From Octopus sinensis (taxonomy: Eukaryota), in contig NC_043005.1 in assembly GCF_006345805.1 (NCBI RefSeq), positions 6,882,001 through 6,946,000 on the forward strand: a stretch of DNA of 64,000 nucleotides, written 5' to 3'. A model generated the notes under the pieces. It worked only from the letters and a program-made list of their open reading frames with translations. It did no database searches and was not told the origin of the DNA. Each line of letters begins with the position of its first letter. The first letter of the stretch is position 1. Shown here piece by piece: positions 37,247-49,822 of the stretch. Position numbers and translations under genes: made by a program.

Positions 37247-37624
37247 TATCCCTCTTTTCCCTACATCAATTGGGGAAGCCAATTCATTTCCCTAATGCCC
37301 ATAGACATAAAAGAAACATAGAGTTCATACTAACTCATCTCCTTATATTTTGTCACAAAATATAAAGAATTTTGTGCATAGACAAAAGCAAACAATTGTC
37401 TGATTGACACAAAAAGCTGTTCTATGATGTAAGTACTGTATGATACAACAATATATTTGAGCTTCATGTGCCGATCATTGCTCAAAGAATTGCTATAATT
37501 CACATGGTATACTAAGTGAATAATGGATGGACGCAAAATGATGAAGTTGTAATATACTTGATTCATAAATATGAAGTGTGTAGTAGACAACAGATTCAAA
37601 GAAAATCATTTTTTGGGGGTTTTT

Positions 37625-38025
37625 TTGTCTTAGCAAGTTTTAGCCCATAGGCTGTGGCCATGCTGGAATATGCTACAACAATATTATTACAGCCCTTTTT
37701 TTTGTACTTGGTTTTGAATTTTGGTAAATGAGGGAAATCAATATTGCTGCCCTTGTGTATTTCTTAACAAGGCATAAGATCAGCTGAGTCCTTAGACATT
37801 AAAATATTCAAGTGTTGTTTGAAAATGTTAATGTCTACAGACACAGGTCTCCCTTTCTATGGCAGGATATTCAAAAGCTTTGATCATTTGAACCCTAAGT
37901 TATTGCAGTAACTGGTCCTAAATTTAGCCGGAGAGTGTAGGATCTTTGACACTATGCAGTGACACCAAGTTCAGGTCGGGGATTGGCATAGCTCTACAGT
38001 TTGGTATTAGTCCTTTGAAAATCTG
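37625..38025 (-). mobile_element. Degraded CR1-group LINE 3' end
   Basis: LGFK.SKLLNILP remnant; tail CCAGCATGGCCACAGCCTATGGGCT. Confidence 0.55.
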
Positions 38026-38030
38026 CTGTA

Positions 38031-38885
38031 CAAGGTTGTATCAAAAGGTTCCTGGACTAGTTATGTTTGATAAAAAGTAACTTATTTAAGCTAAGTTTTA
38101 ATATCATATCCTTCAAAATAGTCATCTTGCGCAGCAATACACTGGTCCCAGAGTTCTTGTCACTTTTGGAATCTGGCTTGGAAGCTGCTTTCTGTAAGTG
38201 GGTTGAGGACCTTCTTCAATTCACTCTGTATCTCCACAATGGTGTTAAAACAGCAACCTTTGAGCTGCATTTTCATCTTGAGGAAGAAATGGAAGTCTGC
38301 AGGAGCTAAATCTAGCAAATAGGGCAGGTGCAGAAACAATAGCATGTTGTTTTTGGTGAGAAACTCTTGAGTGAGGAGAGCTTAGTAAAGAATCCAATTC
38401 TTTGCGCTCCACAGATCCGGTTGCTTTCAGTGAATGTCCTCCCTCAAATGCTGCAAAACATTGCTGTAGAACTCTCAATTGATGGTCTGGCTCTGGAGGA
38501 CAAATTCTTGATGCACGTTATCACATTTTCAGGGTTGATGCTCATGGCAGGTCTTCCAGATCAGTCACCAATTTCCAGGGAAGACCCATTGCCTCTTTGC
38601 TGTAAGCTTACCGAAGCATGTTCAATGTCTCTATAGCAGACTTTCCAAGTTTGGCACAAAATTTCACGTTGGCTCTTTGTTCTTGTCCATGATAAAATTG
38701 CAAACTACAGCATACACATGATCACAAAAACACAAATTTCACAACTTGTGAAGTAAACACAGTGATCTCACTCGGCACATTTGCCTTATGAAGGTCACTG
38801 CGAGCTCTCACTGTGCATGTAACCATGTGCTGCCATCTGTTGGCACACTACAGAACTAGTTTGGGAACTTTTTGATACCACCTTG
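38031..38885 (-). mobile_element. Deleted mariner element
   Basis: TIRs CAAGGTTGTATCAAAAGGTTCC / GGAACTTTTTGATACCACCTTG; HLPYLLDLAPADFHFFLKMKMQLKG (YSPDLAPxD motif). Confidence 0.85.
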
Positions 38886-39052
38886 CTTATGGACATATTA
38901 GCTCAACCCTAATTTTAACAGCGCATATTCAGGAAAATAGTTTTGTAATGCTTTAAAACATTTAATACACACCCAGCTTACCATATAAGATCTGGGATGT
39001 ATATTTTCAGACATCTTTTTGGGAAAAAAGTACATCTTATATGCCATCAAAT

Positions 39053-39085
<33 letters not shown>

Positions 39086-39398
39086 CAAAATAAGCAACAA
39101 AGATATCCAAGGTAGTGTGGTACAATTGTTTGATGCTACTTCATTTTATTAAACACTGTAAGTATTACATCAGTTTTAAAATGTCGAGCAATCTTCAGCC
39201 ACATATAGAATTTTTCAATTAAACAGGCAATGCACATTCTTATCCCTATTTCATTTGCCAACATTACAAAGAGGGTAGATATATAGACAGAGAGGTTAAT
39301 TTCATCATTAAGAACATGGTGGTAGTATGTTCATTCTCTGTCTGTAGATTTTACGGCTAAGTTCACCTTGTTATTTAGATCTATCAGTGGGGAGGGGG

Positions 39399-39430
<32 letters not shown>

Positions 39431-39556
39431 CACATACATATATACATACACATATATTTATATATACATATATATAGTTATATATATTTATATAGGTATA
39501 TATATTATATATTATATCTTTCTATATCTACACACACACACACACACATATATTTA

Positions 39557-40458
39557 TAGGGTGTTTCAAAAAATTTGATATCATTTGAGATATCAATATC
39601 ACAGAAACCACATAGTCAAAGCAAATGAAAGTAAAAATGAAAGTAAAAATGAAAGTAAAAATGTTGAGCAACGTAAGATTTATTCCTCCAGATTTGAATG
39701 AGAAATTCAAAGCTATGTAGATTCCATGAACAATTTCACAAATGTTCAATATGCACACCACCTGCATGCCCAACTGTGGCATGGGGATTTTCTTCACCCC
39801 AAATGTGAACATTATCTTTATTAACTATACCATATGTATGAAATGTGGCCTCATCATTGAAAACAAGACGTTCCTTGAACTTGGCTTCTTCAAGTTTCTC
39901 TTGCATATCAACACAACTGTTTGCACTTTTGCTTGTCATCTGCTGTTATGGCTTGAATGAGCTGCAGCTTGAAGGGTTTCATTTGCAAGCATTTCCTTGG
40001 GATGCACCAAACTGTTGTTGGGGGAATCTAGGTTTCCCAACTTGTTCTTCTAATGGACTTCTTGGGGATTTGCAAGAGCTTTTGGTGAATTTGCTTTACC
40101 ATCTCTTCCAATGTTAGTGACCGTCCAGATCCTTTTACTCTACACAGACAGCCTTCCTCTTTGAATTTTTTCTGCCATGCCCAAATCTGCATTACTTTTC
40201 ATGACTTTCTAGAGAACTCTCTCACAAATGCATGCTGCACAGTCTTGTTCGAGTGTGTTCAAGCATACTCCAACACACAAAACGCCTTTCCTCTTCCAGT
40301 GAATGCCATTTGTGCATCTGAAAAGATAAACATATCAAACATTAAACATAAAATTTTTACCTGTTTCTACACATGCTGTTAAAATCTGAGGTTGTTTGAA
40401 CAAGAACTGGCAAAGTTATTAGATTGCAAAATGATACCAAATTTTTTGAAACACCCTG
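39557..40458 (-). mobile_element. Deleted Tc1/mariner element, probably DD41D (rosa-like)
   Basis: TIRs AGGGTGTTTCAAAAAATTTG / CAAATTTTTTGAAACACCCTG with TA; RLVFNDEATFHTYGIVNKDNVHIWGEENPH. Confidence 0.8.
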
Positions 40459-40483
40459 TACACACACACGTATATATATATAT

Positions 40484-40620
40484 TTACATGAAGATAAATA
40501 TATGTCCAGTCATAGAGTGACCAATGGTTTCACATCCATAAAGCACTATAAAGCTAAGTAGTTTATGGATGTGAAACCATTGGTCACTCTATGACTGGAC
40601 ATATATTTAACTTCATGTAA
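40484..40620. repeat. Near-perfect inverted repeat (59-bp arms, 19-nt spacer)
   Basis: TTACATGAAG...CACATCCATAAA / TTTATGGATGTG...CTTCATGTAA; contains GAAACCATTGGTC (hammerhead stem III-like). Confidence 0.9.
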
Positions 40621-40704
40621 GTACATTACTGCTGTAACTTTTAGACTGGGCTTCGTTTTCTGATATATGATCCATTGACAATATATACATATATATATAT
40701 ATAT

Positions 40705-40717
<13 letters not shown>

Positions 40718-40736
<19 letters not shown>

Positions 40737-40959
40737 TTTTTGTACTTGTTTCAGTCATTTGACTGCGGCCATGCTGGAGCACCGCCTTTAGAGTGGTGAA
40801 AGAGTACAGCAGGGATCACCACCATCTCCTGCCGGAGCCTCGTGGAGCTTTTAGGTGTTTTTCGCTCAATAAACACACACAACGCCCGGTCTGGGAATCG
40901 AAACCGCGATCCTCCGACCGCAAGTCCGCTGCCCTAACCACTGGGCCATTGCGCCTCCA
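40718..40959 (-). mobile_element. Hybrid SINE: family C head + family A tail + poly(A)
   Basis: C-type tRNA head (40959-40791) fused to CTAAAGGCGGTGCTCCAGCATGGCCGCAGTCAAATGACTGAAAC. Confidence 0.8.
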
Positions 40960-40972
40960 TATATATATATAT

Positions 40973-41005
<33 letters not shown>

Positions 41006-41009
<4 letters not shown>

Positions 41010-41407
41010 CAAAACGCCCCCCGTCCAATGGATGGTGCTGAGTTGTCAAACATTTAAACCAAATTTCCTCAAAACAACTTGTCCGACCGTCCCATAGGCC
41101 TCTCCTTTGAGAAACACTGATTTAATCTAAATTTGAGACAATTTTTTGCACAAACTGCACGTGCATTTTTCTCGCATAAGTGTAGTATCAATCGCAACAG
41201 CTGGTGTACTTGTGTACAAATGCACGTTCCCACGGCCTTATCAATCGCATTCTCACCTGGAATCGATTTATAGAATTTTTTCAGGACTTATACATGCCCT
41301 GATACCGTTGGTATCTACATATCAAATTTGAGCGCAATCGGATGGAGGATACCTGAGATCCTAGAAGACACACACTCAGACAGACAGAACGGATTTTATA
41401 TAATAGA
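41006..41407 (-). mobile_element. Helitron-like non-autonomous element (family H-c)
   Basis: Minus 5' TCTATTATATAAAATCC, subterminal hairpin CCATCCATTGGACGG, non-canonical 3' CTTA; in (TA)n. Confidence 0.6.
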
Positions 41408-43118
41408 TATATTATTTCTTTATGTTTTCTTTCTTCACTTAAAGGAATATAGTTTTAGAATTTTCAGTTTCTCACATACCTGCTGCTCAGAGACAGTTCT
41501 TCTCAATATAGTTGATACAGTAGCATTGAATTGCTGTGTGTTTGTACATTCAGAGATGACATTTGAACGCCTGAAAACAAATATCTTCCACTAGACCAAC
41601 ATGATTAGTTTCTTCTTGGACTCTATCTTGTTAGTTGTCTGCATGTTGTGGTCATCTTAGTCTTATGTATATGAAATGATGCACCAATACTAGTTTTGAT
41701 TTCCATGTTATGTACTGATTGTAACTCTGGCATTACAATATTTCTTGGTACTATGTATCATGGTACTATGTGTTATAGGTCTGAAATTAACAAACTAAGT
41801 AAAAAAGGAATCAAGTCACACAGGAAAATATTCATTGAAGGTAAACAGAAGTGGTATAGTACAAAATGGGGTAAAGATTAGTATGGATAATAATTAAATA
41901 ATTAAAATATCGTTTATTAAAACATTTGAATTTATATCAGCTGAAATAGTCAAATTTGAAAACTAAGCAATGATTGATAAGAAACGATGGTTAAATACTG
42001 AAAAAAGGAAAAAATTGATATCCACAATTTATACATTTATTTTGTTACCATCATAATTTGAATCAAAAAGCCTGTCATATTCTGTTTCAAATGGAGCATT
42101 TACTGATTTTACTGGTAATAGCTTTTAAGTATTTATGTTTATATAACAATTTTCTATTTATTTTTTAATCCAAAGGATTTGACATAAAAATCTGTAAGGG
42201 TTATTTTGAATATTTATTGATGAAAGAATTAATGAATTTATTATTTTGATAAAATCTTTTCGTTTTTACTTTTCATTTTTAAAAAGTCAACGTTTGCAAG
42301 AGATATTTGTAATAAGGAAAATGTAAATTTATTGTCTTTTGTTCTGTTCCTTTTCAAAACTTTCAAAAGATAATTCAGATATTTATATACTTTTTTATTC
42401 TTATGCAAATACAACACTGATAACGCACAGTAGCAGCAATATTTGTAATAGTAGTAGTAGTAGTAGTAGCAGTAGCAACAGCAGCAGCAGCAGTAATGGT
42501 AGCAGCGGCAGTAATGGTCCATATGGATTTTGTTGTAATGCAATTTTCTTCATTAATGAATTTGTAGTTTTGTTGAATTAAATTAAATCTAAAAGGATTT
42601 ATATAAGAAAATTTTAAATACACCAAAAGTGTATATTTCAAAGAAGAAAACACAAACCACAGTATGAAAGAACAATGTTTGATGAAAGCATTTTAGCTGG
42701 TTGGGAGTCAGCATTTCATTTTTGCAACCTTCAATGAATGGTATATTCACATAATCTTTGAAGCTAAGAGAAGTTTCTATTTCATTTTCAAGTCAACAAC
42801 ATGCTCTAAATTTCAACCAATATATAAAATATTCTTGCTTAAGTTTTTGAATACAATTGTAACGACCTCTGAACTACTTTTTGATATTCTTGATATATCT
42901 CATTTTTGACCAATATTTCTCTGTAGAATTATAACATCCTTAACTTTGTGTCAGTATTTATCGTTTATCATTAAATCAGCCCTTCACAAACATGTTCTAG
43001 CAATAGACAAACAGACAAGCATTTTATATTTAGATATATCTGGGGTACTTATGTGTACTCATGATTTTTGCTTCGGCTTTTTTTCCATGGGCGCATGTAA
43101 TTATTTCATTTAATTCTA

Positions 43119-43194
43119 TTCGTATTTTCTACTGATGAGGAAAAAATCTATTATGAGATTAATTCCGAAATTGATTCAATATAGAAATAACGAA
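43119..43194 (+). ncRNA. Type I hammerhead ribozyme, all core nucleotides intact
   Basis: CUGAUGA 43132-43138; stem II GGAA/UUCC + AAUCU/AGAUU; GAAA 43167-43170; stem III AUUG/CAAU; predicted cleavage after AUA (43181); stem I UUUCUA/UAGAAA + UUCGU/ACGAA. Confidence 0.8.
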
Positions 43195-43373
43195 CTTTAA
43201 AAAAAAAATTCTGTTGGCTAGCTTTCCTTGATTTCAGCACAACGTATTTCTGTAGTGGGTGTATAATAATATGTGGAAATTGACGATTTAAAAGTATGTT
43301 ATCACCATATTGGCATAGAAATAATTTTCTTTTGCCCTTGTTTATAAGTTGTAGATATAGATATATATATATA

Positions 43374-44513
43374 CAAGGGGGTACCCAAAAGAAACCAGAA
43401 TTTTGCAATATTATTTTATTCACTTAGCTGTACACGTTTACACTTTTATTGCCTTCAAAGTATTTGCTATTTGAAGCGATGCATTGGTTCAGGCACATTT
43501 TCCACTATTCAAAGCAGTGCTTGAACTCTTGCGAAGTGATGCCTTTTAACACCTCCATCGTTTTTCCTTCCCCTCTCCCACATCATCGAATTCCATAAGA
43601 TCAGCTTTCGTCACCAGTGATGACCTTTGAAGAAAGGTCCAAATCAACTTCCAATTATTCTTTCAGTTTATGACACGCCTTCAATTATGACTGCTTTTGA
43701 TCTTCCAAAAAATAAAACATTCGAGCGAGGTCGTTGCCAGTGCCGCTGGACTGGCTCCTGTGCAGGTGGCACATAAAAAGCACCATTTGAGCATGGCTGG
43801 TGCCAGTACCACCAAACTGGCCCTCGTGCTGGTGGCACGTAAAAGCACCCACTACACTCTCAGAGTGATTGGTATCCAGCTGTAGAAACTCTGCCAAATC
43901 AGATTGGAGTCTGGTTCACCAGATCTCAGTCAAATCGTCCAACCCATGCTAGCATGGAAAGTGGACATTAAACGATGATGATGAGCAAGTGAGGCAAAAG
44001 TTCTGCTGCTACTCTTCACTCAAAATTCGTTGGTAGGAGCTCTAGGACACACCAGACATATCAACAAATTTGTCAAATGTTTGGTGATGGTCCTCCAAGA
44101 TCAGTTCATGAATTTCCATAATGTTTTCATTCGTTCAGGTCAACAATCGTCCTGAGCAAGGTTGGTCTTCAAGTAACAAGTGACCATTCCTAAAGCATAG
44201 AAACCACTCGTAAACTTGTGTTTCATTCATGGCAGCATCCTCATAAGCTGTTTGAAGCATGACAACTGTTTCGATTTCTGTCTTCCCCAGCAGCAAACAG
44301 AATTTCATAGAAGTATGCTGTTCCTTTGTTTCAACCATCGCAAAAATTGATGAACAAAGGAGAAGCACTGCAAGACAAAAATGCACCACATGGCAATCCG
44401 ACCTCAGCCAACGATGCTGCTTTGCAAACTGGTACCTGAGGATTGCATCAAGTGGCTTCTAGTGATGGAAGTCTGAATCTACAAATATTTCCACTTACTT
44501 TTGGATATCCCCT

Positions 44514-44515
<2 letters not shown>
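43374..44515 (-). mobile_element. Deleted mariner element
   Basis: TIRs CAAGGGGGTACCCAAAAG / CTTTTGGATATCCCCTCA; N-terminal EQHTSMKFCLLLGKT..ETVVMLQTAY...QVYEWF.CF.NG..LLED.PCSGR. Confidence 0.85.
43710..43983 (+). mobile_element. RTE 3'UTR fragment nested in the mariner
   Basis: 2 units and (GAT)n tail. Confidence 0.8.
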
Positions 44516-44572
<57 letters not shown>

Positions 44573-44705
44573 ATAATACCATACAAAATTCTGGTGCCTC
44601 TGACTTAAGTACCATATTCATTTGAATCTAAATTTTGCTGAACTTATATATATATAAATTAATATAAACAGTTAGGTGCAATATAAAACCATAAAGAAAT
44701 TGTGA

Positions 44706-44892
44706 CTGAGGGTACCAAAGAACTTATATTGCAAGAAATAAGAGTTAGAAACTCTTAATGTTGTAAGAAGTGCACAATATATATAAACGTATATATATAT
44801 ATACTGACAGTGTATGTATACATTGCATGCTTCTTACAGCATTAAGAGTTTTGACTCTTATTTCTTGCTATATAGGCATTTGGCACTCTCAG
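44706..44892. repeat. Imperfect inverted repeat (~80-bp arms)
   Basis: GCAAGAAATAAGAGTTAGAAACTCTTAATG / CATTAAGAGTTTTGACTCTTATTTCTTGC. Confidence 0.85.
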
Positions 44893-44924
44893 CATGGGAA
44901 TAAAAACCTTCAAAGGTAATAATT

Positions 44925-45142
44925 ATTATTAAAATTATAAATTAGGGTAGCTAAGAGATACTACCACGCTGGAAATAGCAGCCAAAACTTGACTCTAAAA
45001 CCACATTAAATGTTCATACAGCACCACCACTGCTTTTCTCCTGGTGCTGTATGAACATTTAATGTGGTTTAGAGTTAAGTTTAGGCTGCTATTTCCAGCG
45101 TGGTGGTATCTCTTAGATATCCTAAATTATAATTTTAATAAT
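44925..45142. repeat. Inverted repeat (~100-bp arms, 15-nt spacer)
   Basis: CCACGCTGGAAATAGCAGCC...ATACAGCACCA / TGGTGCTGTAT...GGCTGCTATTTCCAGCGTGG. Confidence 0.9.
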
Positions 45143-46342
45143 ATATATATATATATAGTTTATATAGTTATTGTGTATTCTGTTAATAACATAGTACAGT
45201 ATAAAGCTCATCCACCTTCAGATTTATATATATATATCTTTGAACCCTTGTAGCTAATAAAAAATATTATTATTATTATTATTATTATTAATATTATTAT
45301 TATTAACATTATTATAATGGGTGATTATGATGAGTGACTTAAAATATTAAATTTCATCTCTCTAGGTTTGAGTTCAAATTCTAAAAGAATTCACTTTGAC
45401 TTCCATTTCTCTAGAATTGTTAATGTAAGTACTAGTTACATCATGGGAACCATAATACAAATATATTAGTTATGCAAAGAGTAGATTTAATTGTTTATTT
45501 ATGTAGTTGCCTGAATGAGTGAATAACTATTAATTATTTTTCATCTGAAAGATTGAACAAAATTCTGTCTTGCTTTTTTTACAGAATGTGTTTAGGGATA
45601 CCAACCTGAATGAAATTGGCAACTTAGTAGTGAGAAATGTTCTCACACTTAAAGGCTATATAGAAATTTTTTTAAAATCTATGGTGAAGTAGGGGATGAG
45701 AGAGTAAGTAGCCCATAAGAATAACTGAGAAAAGTTATATTGAGAGTGTGAATGGGAATAATGGTTAAAGACAAATTGAATGCTACTTCAGATGATAAAA
45801 ATTGTTCCAAGAGCTTCTGTTGGTAAACAATACTTCAACTGTTAGAATTGAAACCTCTAATCAAGAAAATGAAGTATAAATATTTTAAGCCAACCTCTTC
45901 TTTTATTGCTATTTATTTAGCTTTTTAATAATTTATTAAGTAGTAGTTATTGCTACAACTAAATTTTGTTTCTAATGAATAACAAACAACCATGAGACAG
46001 GATATACTTAAACTTCTTAATGGTTCTATAAGGGTGACTAAGTCAGGAATCTAATACCTGAGTCATTAATTTAAGTAGAATACTTTTGAAAATTTCAATT
46101 CCAGCATGCTAATTGTTAATGTGAAGAAAGACACAATTATAACAGATTGAACTTACTTTTCTGACTCTGAAGTCAACAGCTAGCATATATAAATTTAAAC
46201 TTTATCAAAAACTAAGATTAGTATTGTTGATCGTTGTGTTTAAATTACATTTTCTTGGATATTAAGTTTACTGAGAGTATGTTATTATTAAGACTATGAT
46301 ATTACCAAACACTATCTTTGGGTTAGTTCATATCACATTCCA

Positions 46343-46727
46343 CGGTGGAGGCGCAATGGCCCAGTGGTTAGGGCAGCAGATTCGCGGTCGTAGGATCACG
46401 GTTTCGATTCCCAGACCGGCCGTTGTGAGTGTTTATTGAGCGAAAACACCTAAAGCTCTACGAGGCTCCGGCAGGGGATGGTGGTGATCCCTGCTGTACT
46501 CTTTCACCACAACTTTCTCTCACTTTTCCATCCTGTTTCTGTTGTACCTGTATTTCAAAGGGCCGGCCTTGTCACTCTCTGTGTCACGCTGAATTTCCCT
46601 GAGAACTACGTTAAGGGTACACGTGTCTGTGGAGTGCTCAGCCACTTACACGTTAATTTCACGAGCAGGCTGTTCCGTTGATCGGATCAACCAGAACCCT
46701 CATCGTCGTAACCGACGGAGTGCTTCC
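46343..46727 (+). mobile_element. SINE family C, full length
   Basis: A/B boxes; 11-bp TSD ATCACATTCCA (46332-46342 / 46728-46738). Confidence 0.9.
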
Positions 46728-47057
46728 ATCACATTCCAGTTAATAATATCCATAAATTATCCGTAGGCTTTCCTATGCGGGGCTATTTCTTACCTTCTTC
46801 AGGATTCAGTTTAGTAAAAACCTATGACATAACAAACTAGAAATATCAAACATCTTCACTACATATTAATTTATTGAAAAGAAAATGGAATGGCAAAACA
46901 GTGTTCAGAAAGTCTAAATGGGAAGACAAAAGGTTGTATTTATGGATGAGAAGCTGATTGTTAAGATCTAAACTTAGCTGGATGTCTTTTGAATACTTAT
47001 TAGTCCATTTTACTCCGGGTACCTAAAAGAAAGAAATGCTATATACCATTTGAGATT

Positions 47058-47137
47058 GATGGAAGCACTCCGTTGGTTACGACGACGAGGGTTCTGGTCG
47101 ATCCGATCAACGGAACAGCCTGCTCGTGAAATTAACG
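47058..47137 (-). mobile_element. SINE family C 3' fragment
   Basis: Reverse complement of the last ~80 nt of family C. Confidence 0.8.
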
Positions 47138-47348
47138 AGTAATATAGTAAGAGAGAAGACAGAGAAGTAACAAGAGGCTTAAATGTAAAAAATATACCTT
47201 CCAGCCTATTTTGCTGGCATCATTTTAACGAACATGGGAAATAGTATTGGCCATAGCTTTTACTGGACAAACCTGAACTGCACTTCATCTATGCTAATTC
47301 TGTCACTAATCAGTTATGCTTTAACTGTTTCTATAATCTTTAATGAGG

Positions 47349-47720
47349 GGAGGCGCAATGGCCCAGTGGTTAGGGCAGTGGACTCGCGGTCGGAGGATCG
47401 CGGTTTCAATTCCCAGACCGGGCATTGTGAGTGTTTATTGAGCGAAAACACTTAAAAACTCCATGATGGTGGTGAACCCTGCTGTACTCTTTCACCACAA
47501 CTTTCTCTCATTCTTTCTTCCTGTTTCTCTTGTACCTGTATTTCAAAGGGCCAGCCTTGTCACAACTCTGTGTCACGCTGAATCTCCTCGAGAACTACGT
47601 TAAGGGTACACGTGTCTGTGGAGTACTCAGCCACTAGCACGTTAATATCACGAGCAAGCTGTTCCATTGATCGGATCAACCGGAACCCTCGTCGTCGTAA
47701 CCGACGGAGTGCTTCCATCC
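47349..47720 (+). mobile_element. SINE family C
   Basis: Near-identical to 46343-46727 with a short internal deletion. Confidence 0.9.
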
Positions 47721-47769
47721 AGTACATCATATAGATACATCATATAGCATTTCTACCCATTCCATTTCT

Positions 47770-48460
47770 GCATATTAAACAGGGTCATTTCCTGGTAACA
47801 GATTTCTGTCTTCTTTTCTACTTACTAAAAATTTACTTTTTGCAAAGTTTACTCTGTGGCATTTTGTGTTTTGCTTCCATGTCTGGAATTGCTTCATAAA
47901 ATCTATAACAGATTTGTCTATAGGAACTAGGTCATAAGAATATAGGAGGTCCAATAGACAATCAGTCTTCTGACATGCCATTCTATTCCTGGTCTTCTTA
48001 GTAACTACTAAATTACAGAGTATGGAACCGAGTTAAAAGTTTTCTCCAAGTCAACAAATGTTAGCAGGTAGAGCAGATTACTCTTAGCTAAGTACTTCTG
48101 CTGCAATCATCTCATTTGGAAGAAGACATCAATTAGTACCTTATTTTGGAACAAACCCAGTTGCATCTCATCTCGGCTAATTTTGTTCATAACCAATTGT
48201 GTTATAACTTTTTTTATAATTACAGAGGCATCATGTTCATAACTGTTCCATCAACCTGATTCCACAATAGTTTCATGTGAATCACTTTTGCCCTTGTAGC
48301 AGCTGATGATGATATTACAATGCCAATCACTGGGTAAGACATTTTCCTCTACTACCTCATTGACTATGCACAAAACTAGTATGTGGCCTTCCTAACCACT
48401 TATTTTCAGCATCTCAGCAACTACACTCTACAGTCCAACTACCTTTCTTGCCTTCATATT
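47770..48460 (-). mobile_element. Degraded RTE RT region
   Basis: Minus-strand remnants: PSDWHCNIIISCYKGKSD, NYCGIRL, DEMQLGL, FVDLEKTF, LLYSYDLV (YADD-like). Confidence 0.65.
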
Positions 48461-48531
48461 CTTAATTATACTTCTTCCATACTGCCGTCAACTGGATATG
48501 TGGTCCTTCGGTTGAGTGTGCTTAAACTAAG

Positions 48532-48532
<1 letters not shown>

Positions 48533-48613
<81 letters not shown>

Positions 48614-48614
48614 T

Positions 48615-48668
<54 letters not shown>
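48533..48668. repeat. (CT)n microsatellite
   Basis: Direct reading. Confidence 0.95.
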
Positions 48669-48671
<3 letters not shown>

Positions 48672-49822
48672 TGCTATCTTCTCATTTGAAAATCTCTTTA
48701 TAACAGCCCTTCCTTGCCTCATTCTTTTCTGTATTGTTACAGACAAGTTCACAGCTATCCTTGTAAATACACCTCTCCACAACAATCGCAATTTCTTTTA
48801 GCTTTTAGATAATCATTTTATTTTATATTTTGTTACCGGAAGATTAAAATGTTTTGATAATTGCAAGTTAATACAAAATACTCAATTCACTGGTCAAATA
48901 TTAATGCTTAAATATTAAAACCTTTTATTAGTTGTGAGTTGTTCACAATTTAAAAGGTGTTTGCACTTCTGTATTAATAGTCTTGTCTACCTAACAATAC
49001 AAAACTAACTGGCTTAAGCTAATTGACAATCAGTCTGTACTTTGAAGGGAAAATAATATAGATCTTACTAAAAACAAATAAACTATTTAGAAAAGAAAAT
49101 TTTTCCTCTTTAATCAATTTCCCTACTAGTTTATCACTAGGAAACACTTTGTCAGTAAACATTTTTAATTGATATAAGACTTTCTGAAGCAACTTTCTCT
49201 AATCTAACTTGATTAATTTATTATTAAAGTTTGATCATTTAAATGATGCATCTCTCTATATGGAATGTAAACAGGAGCATTAGAGAGGTAGAATATAAAT
49301 GGAATGAAAAAAAAAGAATTACAGCAAATTGGTAAATGGCTGTTACTCTATCATTATGTCATAAAAAAAAATGCATGCGAAATTCAGTTTAAATACAGCT
49401 TCTAATTGAACACCAAATTAGAATATGGAATTATGGTTCTAAAAACTAAAACTAATGATAGACAACTTATGCTTATACGAGAAATGTGTTCTTTGAACAT
49501 ATTGAATTTATAGAGTTTATATTTCAGGCTAAAAATGCTTTGGTGTGAGCATGACAGTCAGTAAATGTCTCAAAATGCACCACTGGAAGTTTGAGTTCAA
49601 ATTAAACTTGATGGTTGGGTTTAACTTTTTGCTAATATCTAATCAATTCAGTGTTCATATTCAATATATTAACTTGAAATTTTGTATCTTTTTATAAAAT
49701 GAATAATTTCTAATAATAACAAAAAAAAAAAAAGGCAGTCACTAAAATTGCTCTGGCACTTGATGCAAATTATGCTATCACCACCCACACTTGATCAAAG
49801 TGCCCCCATGCAAATGTATATA

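Noticed and set aside
39165-39202. Hammerhead-like CTGAAGA...AAACTGATGTA on the minus strand
   Set aside because: GAAA is mutated and there is no convincing stem I or II
42440-42520. Ser/Asn/Gly-rich or poly-Cys/Tyr ORF
   Set aside because: Mixed (TAG)/(CAG) microsatellite
45585-45703. Exon-like segment with a good acceptor and GTAAGT donor
   Set aside because: The longest frame hits a stop before the donor and there is no other support
46347-46420. tRNA gene (also the heads of other SINE A/B/C copies)
   Set aside because: A/B boxes are present, but each continues into a repeated SINE body with tail and TSD; there is no clean cloverleaf or poly-T terminator
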